In this document: positions 18,133 to 27,187 of the stretch, piece by piece
How the letters are laid out: every line of letters begins with the position of its first letter
How positions within the stretch are numbered: the stretch's first letter is position 1
Source of the DNA: a virus
Lineage: Duplodnaviria > Caudoviricetes
IMG/VR virus record: IMGVR_UViG_3300021060_000011
Span: 32,001 to 96,000 of that record
Reading direction: 5' to 3' (one strand)
Length of the DNA stretch: 64,000 bases
The notes under the pieces: model-generated
What the model saw: the letters and a program-made list of their open reading frames with translations, nothing else
Database searches by the model: none
Told to the model about the DNA's origin: nothing
Made by a program: the position numbers and the translations under genes

Positions 18133-18620
18133 GCGTTGCCGCCCCTCCCTCTCCGCGCGGCTTCGCCGCTATCGGCCTTTTCAGGCCCAAGACGCCGCAG
18201 AATGTCGGGGGCGTGCTTCGTGCAGCCCACGTCTACGGCGCGGCCATGGTCGCCATCCAGGGCGACCGGACGCCGGTCCGCAGTCATCAGGACACCACGA
18301 AGGCTTACCGGCACATTCCGATCCTGCGCGGCGACGACCTGTTCGCCCTGTCGCCGTTCGATTGCGTGCCGGTGGCCGTCGATCTCGTGGACGGCGCGAC
18401 GTCGCTGCCGTTCTTCGTCCATCCCGAGCGGGCGTTCTACGTCTTCGGTCCGGAGGACGGCACTCTGGGACGGCAGCACTTGGACCGTTGCCGCCACCGC
18501 GTGATGGTCCCCACCCGCTACTGCATGAACCTCGCCGCGACCGTGAATGTGGTCCTCTACGACCGCGCCGCGAAGGCTGCGCGCGCCTCCCACGCTCCGG
18601 CTCATGAGGTGGCGGCATGA
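18129..18620 (+). CDS. SpoU/TrmH-family (SPOUT) RNA methyltransferase
   Basis: PKTPQNVGGVLRAA, YVFGPEDG, CMNLAATVNVVLYDR. Confidence 0.88.
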   Translation: MSVAAPPSPRGFAAIGLFRPKTPQNVGGVLRAAHVYGAAMVAIQGDRTPVRSHQDTTKAYRHIPILRGDDLFALSPFDCVPVAVDLVDGATSLPFFVHPERAFYVFGPEDGTLGRQHLDRCRHRVMVPTRYCMNLAATVNVVLYDRAAKAARASHAPAHEVAA

Positions 18621-19939
18621 CCACCCAAACTCTTTCCGAAGCCGGCCAGAAGCTCGCGGATGCGCTGCGAACCAGCGGCATTCTCTGGATGGACGAGCGT
18701 TCCGATATCAAAACAGCGGGCAGCGAGACGATTGTGCCGCCGCGCTTCCTCAACACCGCCGCCGCGCTCCTCTTCACCCCACCTGAGGGAGAGGGTGCGG
18801 GTGACAAAACAAGATTACAGGCGATCTGCGAAGACGTGGAGCGCGAACTTGGCTGCGGCGGGCTGAGCGGGGTCGGCATCATCTACGGCGATTTCGCTCG
18901 TGAAGTCGCTCGTCGCTACGCCGCCCTCGCCAGCCCGCAACCCGCCGTACAAGGGCTGGTCGCGGCGGGGGTGTCCAATGAGGCCGTGGAGGCCGCGAGC
19001 GCGGCGTTCTACGACACCATGATCGGATCGGAGCGCGAGTTCTGGCCGCACCACGACGGCTGGGCTGGCAAGAACGAGGCGTTCAAGACCAGGGTGCGCG
19101 GCAGAATGCGGACGGCTCTGGAGGCCGCCACCCTCACGCCCCCGGCAGACCCCAAGACGCCGGATGCCGGGGTGGGGTCAATTGATACCAGCCTTGACGT
19201 ACTGATTGATGGCGTCATCAGGGATTATCCCGTCATCCAAGAGACCCTGCGCAAGTCCGAAGGGATCGCCCAACCCGCCCCGGCGGGTGAAGACGATACG
19301 GGGGTGCGGGAGGCGCTGGCACCGTTCGCTGCCTTCAACGATGCGGCGACGTTCCCTGGCTCCACGTGGTCGAAGGAGCCTGACAGCGCCAACGCGCGGG
19401 ATATCGTCGGCATCAGCGCGCCGCTTACGGTCGGCATGTTTCGCGCCGCTTCTGTCGCCCTCGCCCCCCAACCGCCCAAGGCCGAGACGCCGGCAGGAGT
19501 GGTGCTAGACGGCCTGACGCTCGAACAGTTGATCCATAACTACGGCGCGGCCGAATACAACGCGGCGGTGGACGCCAACGAAGGCGCAGAACCTGAGCAC
19601 TACGAGCAGAAGATCGCAGAAGCTAAAGCGAAGCTCATGCAGGGCATCGCCGCCCTCTCCACCGCCCCAGCGGCACGGCCAGGAGACGGGGTGGAGGCCG
19701 ATAAGGACCGGCTGGATTGGCTGGAAAAGGCCGCCCGCAAGAGTCGTAGCGGCATCTCGTTCGATCACATCCCGTCCGTCGAGGGTGAGCGGTCCGGCTT
19801 CCGCTTCATGCGCAAGTTCTTCATCGGCGACGCGCGCGACACTCTGCGCTCGGCCATCGACGCCGCACGTGGCGAGGTCGAGCAAATGCAGCGCCGTGAA
19901 CTCGTCGCCGCACCGGCCGCTGACGGAGGGCGGGGCTGA
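18617..19939 (+). CDS. Mosaic multi-segment hypothetical protein
   Basis: 440-aa ORF, segments joined by Ala/Pro linkers; DKDRLDWLE motif. Confidence 0.65.
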   Translation: MTTQTLSEAGQKLADALRTSGILWMDERSDIKTAGSETIVPPRFLNTAAALLFTPPEGEGAGDKTRLQAICEDVERELGCGGLSGVGIIYGDFAREVARRYAALASPQPAVQGLVAAGVSNEAVEAASAAFYDTMIGSEREFWPHHDGWAGKNEAFKTRVRGRMRTALEAATLTPPADPKTPDAGVGSIDTSLDVLIDGVIRDYPVIQETLRKSEGIAQPAPAGEDDTGVREALAPFAAFNDAATFPGSTWSKEPDSANARDIVGISAPLTVGMFRAASVALAPQPPKAETPAGVVLDGLTLEQLIHNYGAAEYNAAVDANEGAEPEHYEQKIAEAKAKLMQGIAALSTAPAARPGDGVEADKDRLDWLEKAARKSRSGISFDHIPSVEGERSGFRFMRKFFIGDARDTLRSAIDAARGEVEQMQRRELVAAPAADGGRG

Positions 19940-20397
19940 TGTCACCCCTTCAGTATCGCCGCTGGTACGACTTCGCTCGCCGTATGGCGCTGCGCACGAT
20001 GGATGTCACGCCCGCACGGCGTGCCAAGATCGCCAAAGAGATCAGGCACATTCTATGGATACTCGAAAACGACATCTCGGAAATCGAAAGCTGGGACGGT
20101 CCGGGATGCTACGTTGGCGATGAGGTCAGTCGCCTCCTGTACGACGCTGGTCACAACGACGAGCGTCAGTTTAAGAACGGTAGCGTCGAGCAAATAGAAC
20201 ATCGCTTCATCAGTCAGGTCTCTTGCTGCATCCGCGCGGGGCTAGATGTTGCCTTAGAGCCATCAGGGGGCGTGCTCGGTTGGACTGTGGGCGATCTACG
20301 CCAGATGTACCCGCTTGGCCTGCCGGCTTGGGTCGCGGCTTATTTTGTCGAACCCATCACAGCCGAGACGCCCTCCGAGATGGGGGTATGGCTATGA
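19939..20397 (+). CDS. Hypothetical protein
   Basis: Coupled start/stop. Confidence 0.65.
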   Translation: MSPLQYRRWYDFARRMALRTMDVTPARRAKIAKEIRHILWILENDISEIESWDGPGCYVGDEVSRLLYDAGHNDERQFKNGSVEQIEHRFISQVSCCIRAGLDVALEPSGGVLGWTVGDLRQMYPLGLPAWVAAYFVEPITAETPSEMGVWL

Positions 20398-20924
20398 CTT
20401 TCGCCCCCGAAGACCAGAACGGCCTGCGCGAGGCGCTGGCGAGGGCGATCCGTGCGTGGGCGAACCGTTTCGGCGCGTTGCGTCCATGGTCCTCACTCGC
20501 GGACCATCTCATCGCCGGCCCCCTCGCCTCGCTCATCGCCGAACGGGATGCAGCCAACAAAGTCTGCGACATGGCGGCCATGTCCGGCGGCTTCTACTCA
20601 CGCACAGCCGAGAACATGGAGCGCCGCGCCCTCGCCGCCGAAGCCGAGATCACCCGCCTCAAGGAGGGGATGGAGGCGCTGAGGCAGCTCAGCGACGTGG
20701 CGGCGCCGGGAGACTGGTCTGTGTCCGGGGTCCGGCGGCGCGTAGACGAAGCGAGTTGCGTCATCATCGACGCGCCTTCGTGCCCCGTACTGCTCGCGCT
20801 TCCGACAGGCAATGGCGTCCAAGCCCTCGAAGCCTTGCGCGACGCCAAGCTCGCCGTCGCCGCTGTCAATTTTGTCCGCGCCGCCCTCGCAACCCTCTCC
20901 CCGAAGGAGCACCCCCATGGCTGA
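20394..20924 (+). CDS. Hypothetical protein (Ead/Ea22-like segments)
   Basis: ATGA overlap; LSDVAAPGDW motif. Confidence 0.6.
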   Translation: MTFAPEDQNGLREALARAIRAWANRFGALRPWSSLADHLIAGPLASLIAERDAANKVCDMAAMSGGFYSRTAENMERRALAAEAEITRLKEGMEALRQLSDVAAPGDWSVSGVRRRVDEASCVIIDAPSCPVLLALPTGNGVQALEALRDAKLAVAAVNFVRAALATLSPKEHPHG

Positions 20925-21507
20925 GACAACGAGCGCGCCGAGCTTGCGGGAGCTTTCCGAGGCGGCGACGCAGGGCGAGCTAAACTATCCGAATTGGGGC
21001 ACGGATTTTAGGGCCGGTACGGTCTTGGTGGGGATGACGAGCCCAGCCTTCGAGGGGAATGGCAGAGCCAACCGGGCATACATCTGCCGCCTCTGGAACG
21101 ACCACCGCGCCAACCGCCTCATCGATCCCACCACCCTAACCGAGGCTATCGCCTCCGCACGGGCTGAGGGCGTCCGCGAGGGGCTGGAGCGGGCGGCGGG
21201 GATGGAGGGCCGCTTCTGGCTTGAACTACGCGAGCCCCGGCGCGTGCCCGAGCGCAAAGGATCATGGCCGCGAGCCGACATCGCAAAGGTGCTCCGCGAG
21301 TTCATGGCGGCCCGGCCTCAGGCCTACATCACCGTCGTCACCATGGGACCGGACGGGCCGCACTTCGATGATGGCCCCGAGACGCTTCAGATGGCCGACG
21401 CCCGGTCCATGTCTACGGGGCGCCAGCACATCGAGCGCGTCCGTGCCGCTCACGGGTCCCGCGAGGATGTTGCGACCCTCACCCCCGGAGGCCGGACCGA
21501 TGGTTAA
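20917..21507 (+). CDS. Hypothetical protein
   Basis: AAGGAG RBS; LRELSEAATQG motif. Confidence 0.6.
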   Translation: MAETTSAPSLRELSEAATQGELNYPNWGTDFRAGTVLVGMTSPAFEGNGRANRAYICRLWNDHRANRLIDPTTLTEAIASARAEGVREGLERAAGMEGRFWLELREPRRVPERKGSWPRADIAKVLREFMAARPQAYITVVTMGPDGPHFDDGPETLQMADARSMSTGRQHIERVRAAHGSREDVATLTPGGRTDG

Positions 21508-21808
21508 GGGCACGGGACTGACGGGAGCCCTAGAGCGCTTTAATAGGATCGCCAAGGCCGTCGGCGCTCCTCGACCAGGCAGCAACCATCTACCGTTGCT
21601 GGAGGTCGCCTCTGGCGATGGCAGGGTTACCGTCCTAGGCGAAGAATTGGATGCTCTTCATAGGGCCGGATGGCTCACGGCCTGCCCGGACCCTGACGTG
21701 ACGGTCATAGACGGTGGGTCAGAATTCGGGGAGGTCGACTGCGACCACCTTTGGACCATCACTCCCGCCGGCCGCGCCGCCCTCGCTGAACGCGGAGGGG
21801 CGGAGTGA
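21500..21808 (+). CDS. Hypothetical protein
   Basis: GGAGG RBS; WTITPAGRAAL. Confidence 0.6.
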   Translation: MVKGTGLTGALERFNRIAKAVGAPRPGSNHLPLLEVASGDGRVTVLGEELDALHRAGWLTACPDPDVTVIDGGSEFGEVDCDHLWTITPAGRAALAERGGAE

Positions 21809-22344
21809 TGACGAACGACGACGCTTTCATGGTCCTGGCCGGCGTCCGCTACTGCCTCGGCCGCCACAGCTACGCGCCGAGCCTGTGCTGCGATTGGCTC
21901 AAGCTGAAATGGCCGACCTTCGCCGAAGCCGACAAGGCTCAGATCGTCCGCGCGATCCAGGCCCGCGTGGCTGAGGACGGGGCGAACGAAAGCCGCGCCG
22001 GTATCCATAGCTGGGAAACGGACCTCCGAACTTGGCGGGACTTTCTCGAATGGCAGGCCCGGCCGCCATTCCGCACCGGTGACGTCGTTCAGCACGGCCC
22101 GACGGGCGAGAGATGGGTGATCTCCTACGCGGAGCCAGCCACCGGCTACCTGTCCTGGCTCGGTTCGCCCGATGGCGAGGCCAAGATCGCAGACTGCATC
22201 TTGGTCGAGGCCGTCAGCGACGAGGAGCATCACACCATCCTCCGTAACCTCATCAAAGCGGGCGGCTTCCGCGCCGTTCGCGCCCGCCGCCTCTACGGCG
22301 ATCCGCCCTCCCCTCCCGCGCTGCCGACCGGAGCCGACGCATGA
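21805..22344 (+). CDS. Hypothetical protein
   Basis: RYCLGRHSYAPSLCCDW motif. Confidence 0.65.
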   Translation: MMTNDDAFMVLAGVRYCLGRHSYAPSLCCDWLKLKWPTFAEADKAQIVRAIQARVAEDGANESRAGIHSWETDLRTWRDFLEWQARPPFRTGDVVQHGPTGERWVISYAEPATGYLSWLGSPDGEAKIADCILVEAVSDEEHHTILRNLIKAGGFRAVRARRLYGDPPSPPALPTGADA

Positions 22345-22565
22345 AACAGATCACGCTGAACATCGACAGCTCGGCGATGTTCGACCTGGTGAAGCGGGCG
22401 GATGACAACGGCGCCGCGCTCGGTTCTCGCCTCGTGATGATGCTCATGACGAGCGGCGAGATGAGTGTGATCGAGGCAATCGGTCTCGCCGTCTATGGCG
22501 TTACCGTCACGGACGTCCGTGACGTCCCGGCCGGCGTCGCTCCCGTTGAGGGGGGCTCGGCATGA
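22341..22565 (+). CDS. Hypothetical protein
   Basis: ATGA overlaps. Confidence 0.55.
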   Translation: MKQITLNIDSSAMFDLVKRADDNGAALGSRLVMMLMTSGEMSVIEAIGLAVYGVTVTDVRDVPAGVAPVEGGSA

Positions 22566-22834
22566 GGTGGATCGCCTACACCGCATCCATCGCAGTCGGA
22601 GCCGCGATCGCGTTCGGCATTGCCGCGACCAAGCCGGCCGGAAGTGGTGCGCCTGCCCCATACCGAATCTTCCGCGTCTACGACGGGACCATCTCGCAGC
22701 TCGGCGTCTGGCATGACCTTGATACGGGCTGCCAGTACCTCTCCTATCGGAAGGAGACGGGCCTGACGCCCCGCCTCAACATCGACGGCTCGCCCCTCTG
22801 CATCGGCCCTCTGCCCCAGCAGCCTGCGCCTTGA
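22562..22834 (+). CDS. Secreted/membrane hypothetical protein
   Basis: Signal-like N-terminus; DTGCQYL..GLTPRL. Confidence 0.6.
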   Translation: MRWIAYTASIAVGAAIAFGIAATKPAGSGAPAPYRIFRVYDGTISQLGVWHDLDTGCQYLSYRKETGLTPRLNIDGSPLCIGPLPQQPAP

Positions 22835-22881
22835 TGCCCGAGCCACGCCCTCCCCTCCTTTTCACAGCCCGGAGCTGACGC

Positions 22882-23160
22882 ATGACGACCAAGACCACCT
22901 TCATCGAGCGCCTCGGGCTGCTCTTTTCCGATGGGTCGATGGGCATCGGCTCCGAACACACGAAGATCGAAGCGCACCGCGAAGATGCGCTGCTCGCCGA
23001 CAAGCATGAGACCCATCCAGACCATTTCACGAAGGTGGTGCGTGTCCGCGTCGAGGTCGTCGAGGTCGTCGAGATCCCGACCGCCGGAAAGCTCCCGGCC
23101 AAGACCAAGGGCCCGTGCCCGACCTGCGGCCACGTGCATGCCCCGGCGAAGGCGGCTTGA
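22882..23160 (+). CDS. Hypothetical protein (C-terminal CPTCGH)
   Basis: GGAG RBS. Confidence 0.6.
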   Translation: MTTKTTFIERLGLLFSDGSMGIGSEHTKIEAHREDALLADKHETHPDHFTKVVRVRVEVVEVVEIPTAGKLPAKTKGPCPTCGHVHAPAKAA

Positions 23161-23163
23161 GCC

Positions 23164-24264
23164 ATGTCGAAGATCGAATGGACCGAGCGGACCTGGAACC
23201 CCATCGTCGGCTGCTCGGTCGTGAGCCCCGGCTGCACGAATTGCTACGCAATGGCCATGGCCGCGCGGCTCGAGCGCATGGGCCTCGAACGCTACGTCGG
23301 CCTCACGCGGCCGAGCAAGGCCGGGCCGGTGTGGACGGGTGAGACGCGCCTGGTCGAGGACACGCTCACCGAACCCCTGCGTCGGCAGAAGCCGACCATG
23401 TGGTTCGTGAACAGCATGTCGGACCTGTTCCATGAGAGCGTGCCGGACGCGTGGATCGACCGGGTGTTCGCCGTCATGGCGCTGGCGCCGCAGCATACCT
23501 TCCAGGTGCTGACGAAGCGGTCGGCGCGGATGCGGGCGTACATGGATCGGCTCGCATCGCAACGTAAGGGCTTTTCGGGGTTCCCGGCGGAGAAGAACGC
23601 GGCCGCCCGCCTCCACCTGGAGGCTCAGAACCTGAACTGGTTCGTGGATAGCCCGGGCGACGGCGCGTACCTCTTGAGCCGTTGGCCCGGCTGGCCGCTC
23701 CCCAACGTCTGGCTCGGCGTCTCAACCGAGGACCAGCGCCGGGCCGACGAGCGCGTGCCGGACCTGCTGGCGACGCCGGCCGCCGTGCGGTTTGTGTCGG
23801 CCGAGCCGCTGCTGGGGTCGATCGATTTCACCCGTCTGTTTGTCGTGAACGGCAACGGCGGTGCCGGGCGATACAACGCCCTCACCGGGGAGTGGCGGCC
23901 CGGCGACATCGCCGCGATGGCCAACCATGACGGGCCGCGTCTCGACCAAATCATCGTCGGGGGCGAGAGCGGTTCCGGCCCCCGGCCAATGCATCCGGCC
24001 TGGGCGCGCTTGATCCGCGATCAGTGCCAGGGAGCCGAGACCAAGTTCTTCTTCAAGCAGTGGGGCGCGTGGGTGCCGGAGGCGCGAGGCGGGGACTGGA
24101 TGATCCTGTCGGCCGATGGTGATCTGGATATTCCGGATGACCGCTGCCCAGACGAAGAGGCCGGTGAGGTCGCCGTCACACTCATCGGCAAACGCGCCGC
24201 CGGCCGCCTCTTCGACGGCGTCGAGCACAACGGCATGCCGGCCGGCGCGGGAGCTGGGTTATGA
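23164..24264 (+). CDS. Phage Gp37/Gp68 (DUF5131) family protein
   Basis: SKIEWT..TWNPIVGCSVVSPGCTNCYA, VNSMSDLFHE, IVGGESG, FFFKQWG. Confidence 0.92.
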   Translation: MSKIEWTERTWNPIVGCSVVSPGCTNCYAMAMAARLERMGLERYVGLTRPSKAGPVWTGETRLVEDTLTEPLRRQKPTMWFVNSMSDLFHESVPDAWIDRVFAVMALAPQHTFQVLTKRSARMRAYMDRLASQRKGFSGFPAEKNAAARLHLEAQNLNWFVDSPGDGAYLLSRWPGWPLPNVWLGVSTEDQRRADERVPDLLATPAAVRFVSAEPLLGSIDFTRLFVVNGNGGAGRYNALTGEWRPGDIAAMANHDGPRLDQIIVGGESGSGPRPMHPAWARLIRDQCQGAETKFFFKQWGAWVPEARGGDWMILSADGDLDIPDDRCPDEEAGEVAVTLIGKRAAGRLFDGVEHNGMPAGAGAGL

Positions 24265-24857
24265 CCGCGTTCCTCCCCGGCTTCGAGAAGACCGCCCGTC
24301 CGGACTGGATCGGCTCTGCCGAGTTCAGCCCGTGCGGCCACCACCGACGGCGCCTGGACCGGTGGTGGAGCGACGAGCCGCGCGCCCTCGTTTGCGGCTG
24401 CAATCCCAGCGACGCAGGCAGCAAGAAGAACGATCCGACCGTCTGGCGACTGTTCGACCTGCTCACCGGCCGGCCGGGCATCGGTGGGTTCACGGTGGTG
24501 AACTGGGAGGACTACGTCGCCCCGCACCCGTCCGATCTCGCGATCTGGCGCAGGGATCTGATCCGCTACTATCCCGAGCGGTACCAGGCGATCCGGGACG
24601 CGAACCTCTCACGCATTCGCTCCATGGCCGAGGCCGCCCCGGTGCGGATCATCGCCTGGGGCAACCTCGTCCCGCCGGACGACGAGCATACCGCCCTCGT
24701 GCTCGACGCCATGTCGCTCGACGGCACGCACGACCTGCATGCGTTCGAGATCACGCCCCAGGACCGGCCGAAGCACCCCGGTGCGCGCGGCCTGCACCGG
24801 ATCGCCAGCGGCTTGCCTCTGCCCGTCTGGCGCCCAGCCCGAAGGATCGCAGCATGA
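24261..24857 (+). CDS. DUF1643 family protein
   Basis: AEFSPCG, NPSDA..NDPTV, IAWGN, PKHP. Confidence 0.8.
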   Translation: MTAFLPGFEKTARPDWIGSAEFSPCGHHRRRLDRWWSDEPRALVCGCNPSDAGSKKNDPTVWRLFDLLTGRPGIGGFTVVNWEDYVAPHPSDLAIWRRDLIRYYPERYQAIRDANLSRIRSMAEAAPVRIIAWGNLVPPDDEHTALVLDAMSLDGTHDLHAFEITPQDRPKHPGARGLHRIASGLPLPVWRPARRIAA

Positions 24858-25336
24858 ACCGCCGGTTCGCCGCCGAAACGTCGGTCTTGATGGACCGCAG
24901 CATCGCGGAGATCCGCACCACGGTCCGGCGCTACGGCGCCACCGAGTTCGCCCACATGGAGAGCGATGCTCAGGCGGCGATCACCTTCACGATGCGGGGC
25001 CGGCGGGTGCTGTTCCGGCTGGCTATGCCGGATCGGAAGGCCCGCGAGTTCACGCACACCGATGCGATGAACAAGCGCCGCACCCCGGCGGCGGCTGAAA
25101 CCGCATGGGAGCAAGCTTGCCGCTCCCGCTGGCGCGCCCTCGCTCTGGTCATCAAGGCGAAGCTCGAAGCCGTCGAGGTCGGCATCGTCGTGTTCGAGGA
25201 CGAGTTCCTGGCGAACACCGTGCCCCCCGGCGCCAGCGCCACCTACGGCGAGGCCGTGCGCGAGAGCATGGCCCTGGCCCACGAGAAGCAGTCCCTCACC
25301 CCCTTGCTCCCCTACATCTCCGGAGACGGCCGATGA
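24854..25336 (+). CDS. Conserved phage hypothetical protein
   Basis: FAAETSV..RSIAEI; RWRALALVIKAKLEAVE.GI..FEDEFLA. Confidence 0.75.
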   Translation: MNRRFAAETSVLMDRSIAEIRTTVRRYGATEFAHMESDAQAAITFTMRGRRVLFRLAMPDRKAREFTHTDAMNKRRTPAAAETAWEQACRSRWRALALVIKAKLEAVEVGIVVFEDEFLANTVPPGASATYGEAVRESMALAHEKQSLTPLLPYISGDGR

Positions 25337-26073
25337 ACGATCCCCTGCGCCTGCCCTGCCCGACCTGCTCCGGCACCCGGAGCACCACGACCGGCGATCG
25401 GCACGCCGACACGAACATGGACGTCTGCGCGACGTGCCATGACGAGGGCTGGATCCCGGCGCGGACGGGCGAAAGCCCGGAGGCCTCGTTCCAGCACAGC
25501 CCCACCGTCCGCAGGATCATCGGGCCTACCATCCTCCTTGCGAGCGGCAATTACTTCGACCTGCTGGCGCCGGAGCACAGCACGTTCACGATCGAGGATG
25601 TCGCCCACGGGCTCTCCAACACCTGCCGTTTCGCAGGCCAGTGCATCCGCTTCTACAGCGTCGCCCAGCACAGCGTGATCGTCTCGCAGCATGTCCCGCC
25701 CGAGTTCGCTTTCGCCGGACTGATGCACGATGCGGCGGAAGCCTTCATCGGCGACATCACCAAGCCCCTGAAGGACATCCTTCCTGACTATCGAGCCTTG
25801 GAAAAACGCATCGAAGCGGCTGTGCTGCAGCGCTTCGGCTTGCCGGCCGTCATGCCGCCTGAGGTCAAGGAAATCGACGTCGTGATGCTGGCAACCGAGC
25901 AGGCGCAGCTCATGCGGAATCGTGATGATTGGAACTACACCCGAGGCCGCACACCCATTCCGATCGAGATCCCCGCTATGGGGCCCGAGGCTGCCAAGGC
26001 CGCGTTCCTGGCGCGGTACGCTGAAGTGCGGGCCCAGGGCACGGGCATCTCCCTCGCCGGAAAGGCTGCGTGA
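25333..26073 (+). CDS. HD-domain 5'-deoxynucleotidase-like protein with N-terminal Zn ribbon
   Basis: IEDVAHGLSNTCRFAG, FYSVAQHS, LMHDAAEAFIGDI; CPTC/CATC. Confidence 0.85.
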   Translation: MNDPLRLPCPTCSGTRSTTTGDRHADTNMDVCATCHDEGWIPARTGESPEASFQHSPTVRRIIGPTILLASGNYFDLLAPEHSTFTIEDVAHGLSNTCRFAGQCIRFYSVAQHSVIVSQHVPPEFAFAGLMHDAAEAFIGDITKPLKDILPDYRALEKRIEAAVLQRFGLPAVMPPEVKEIDVVMLATEQAQLMRNRDDWNYTRGRTPIPIEIPAMGPEAAKAAFLARYAEVRAQGTGISLAGKAA

Positions 26074-26492
26074 TGGTCGAGGCACCCTTCAAGCTGAACC
26101 TCGTCAAGAACGAGCCCGTGATCCGGGATGACCGGTGGGAGATCTCGATCACGAACCTCGGGGACTTCGGTTTCGACGGTAAGCTCTGTGTCCGACACCG
26201 TCAGCTCGGCACATGGGACGAATGGCCGGACAGCGAGGCGGATGCGCCATCAGCGATCACCGCGCGCGCGTACGACCTCGAGCACGAGGTGACGTTCCCC
26301 TCCCTTGGCAAAGCCATGAGGGCGGCGATGTCCTTCCTCCGAAGGTTCGGCTCGGGCGAGGTCGAGTGGCTGGAATGGGACGTCGATGGGCAGCGCCACG
26401 TCGTCGTCCAGCACACGCAGCGTGGCACAGGCGAGCTGTCGGGCTGGAAGTATCAGCCTGACCCGGTGGCCGCCCTCGCAGCGCCAGCTTGA
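26070..26492 (+). CDS. Hypothetical protein
   Basis: Overlap-coupled ORF. Confidence 0.55.
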   Translation: MMVEAPFKLNLVKNEPVIRDDRWEISITNLGDFGFDGKLCVRHRQLGTWDEWPDSEADAPSAITARAYDLEHEVTFPSLGKAMRAAMSFLRRFGSGEVEWLEWDVDGQRHVVVQHTQRGTGELSGWKYQPDPVAALAAPA

Positions 26493-26547
26493 CAGGACGG
26501 ACGGGTCCGTCCCCGTTTGCCTTCCCTGCATCACTCTGGAGCGTGTC

Positions 26548-26776
26548 CGTGGCTGACGACAATGAGCGATTCGATTGGAGCAGCGATAATATCGTGGTCC
26601 CGGAGCAGAAGCCGATAGCTGTCTACTGGAACCCGCTGGGGGCCTTAGTCATCCGGCAGCAGGCAGGAATGTATGAGACCGAAGATCCCTTCGTCGTCAT
26701 CCAGCCGGGCCACATCCCGGCTCTCATGAGCCGCATCGAGCAGCTGCTCAGCGAGGGGCCTTCCACTGAAGAGTGA
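26548..26776 (+). CDS. Hypothetical protein
   Basis: GTG start after GGAG; TTGACA at 26489 may be its promoter. Confidence 0.5.
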
Positions 26777-27017
26777 GCCCCTGCCGACGCGCATTTCGTG
26801 CTGCGTCCCGTTCTGCCAGCGCACCCGGCGGAACGACATCGGCTTCGAGGAATGGATCTGCGGCGATCACTGGCGCGCCGTGCCAGCCCCAATGCGACGG
26901 GTGTACAGCCGAGCCCTTCGCCGGTATCGGCGCGGGGTCGGCTGCTACGGCGCACGCGAAAGCCGGTTGTGGCGGCGCCTCCGCCGGGCGGCCGTTGAGG
27001 CGGCCGCCGGCCTGTAG
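26766..27017 (+). CDS. Cys/His zinc-finger-like phage protein missing from the ORF track (possible CTG start)
   Basis: Frame reads ...ISCCVPFCQRT...EWICGDHWRAVP...AAAGL*; GAGGGG 7 nt before CTG. Confidence 0.5.
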   Translation: MKSEPLPTRISCCVPFCQRTRRNDIGFEEWICGDHWRAVPAPMRRVYSRALRRYRRGVGCYGARESRLWRRLRRAAVEAAAGL

Positions 27018-27060
27018 GGCCCGCCAAACGCCGATCCGCGTCGGTAGTTCCTCCACACCG

Positions 27061-27118
27061 GAGTCCGCCTGGTCGCTTGCAACCGGCTCGCGCAGGACTC
27101 GACTCTCGTTACCGAATC
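27061..27118. promoter_or_regulatory. repA promoter region with four GANTC (CcrM) sites
   Basis: GAGTC 27061, GACTC 27096, GACTC 27101, GAATC 27114. Confidence 0.6.
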
Positions 27119-27187
27119 ATTGCACGTGGTGAAGCTTCGCGTTTATAGCGTCAATCGACGTTAAAAACGGAAGCGAGGGTTCGGAAC

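Larger units (their letters stand above)
1..27017. mobile_element. Lambdoid prophage early region plus start of a late (headful-terminase) operon; continues off the left edge
   Basis: Divergent cI/cro switch, replication, recombination and terminase genes in lambdoid order. Confidence 0.9.
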
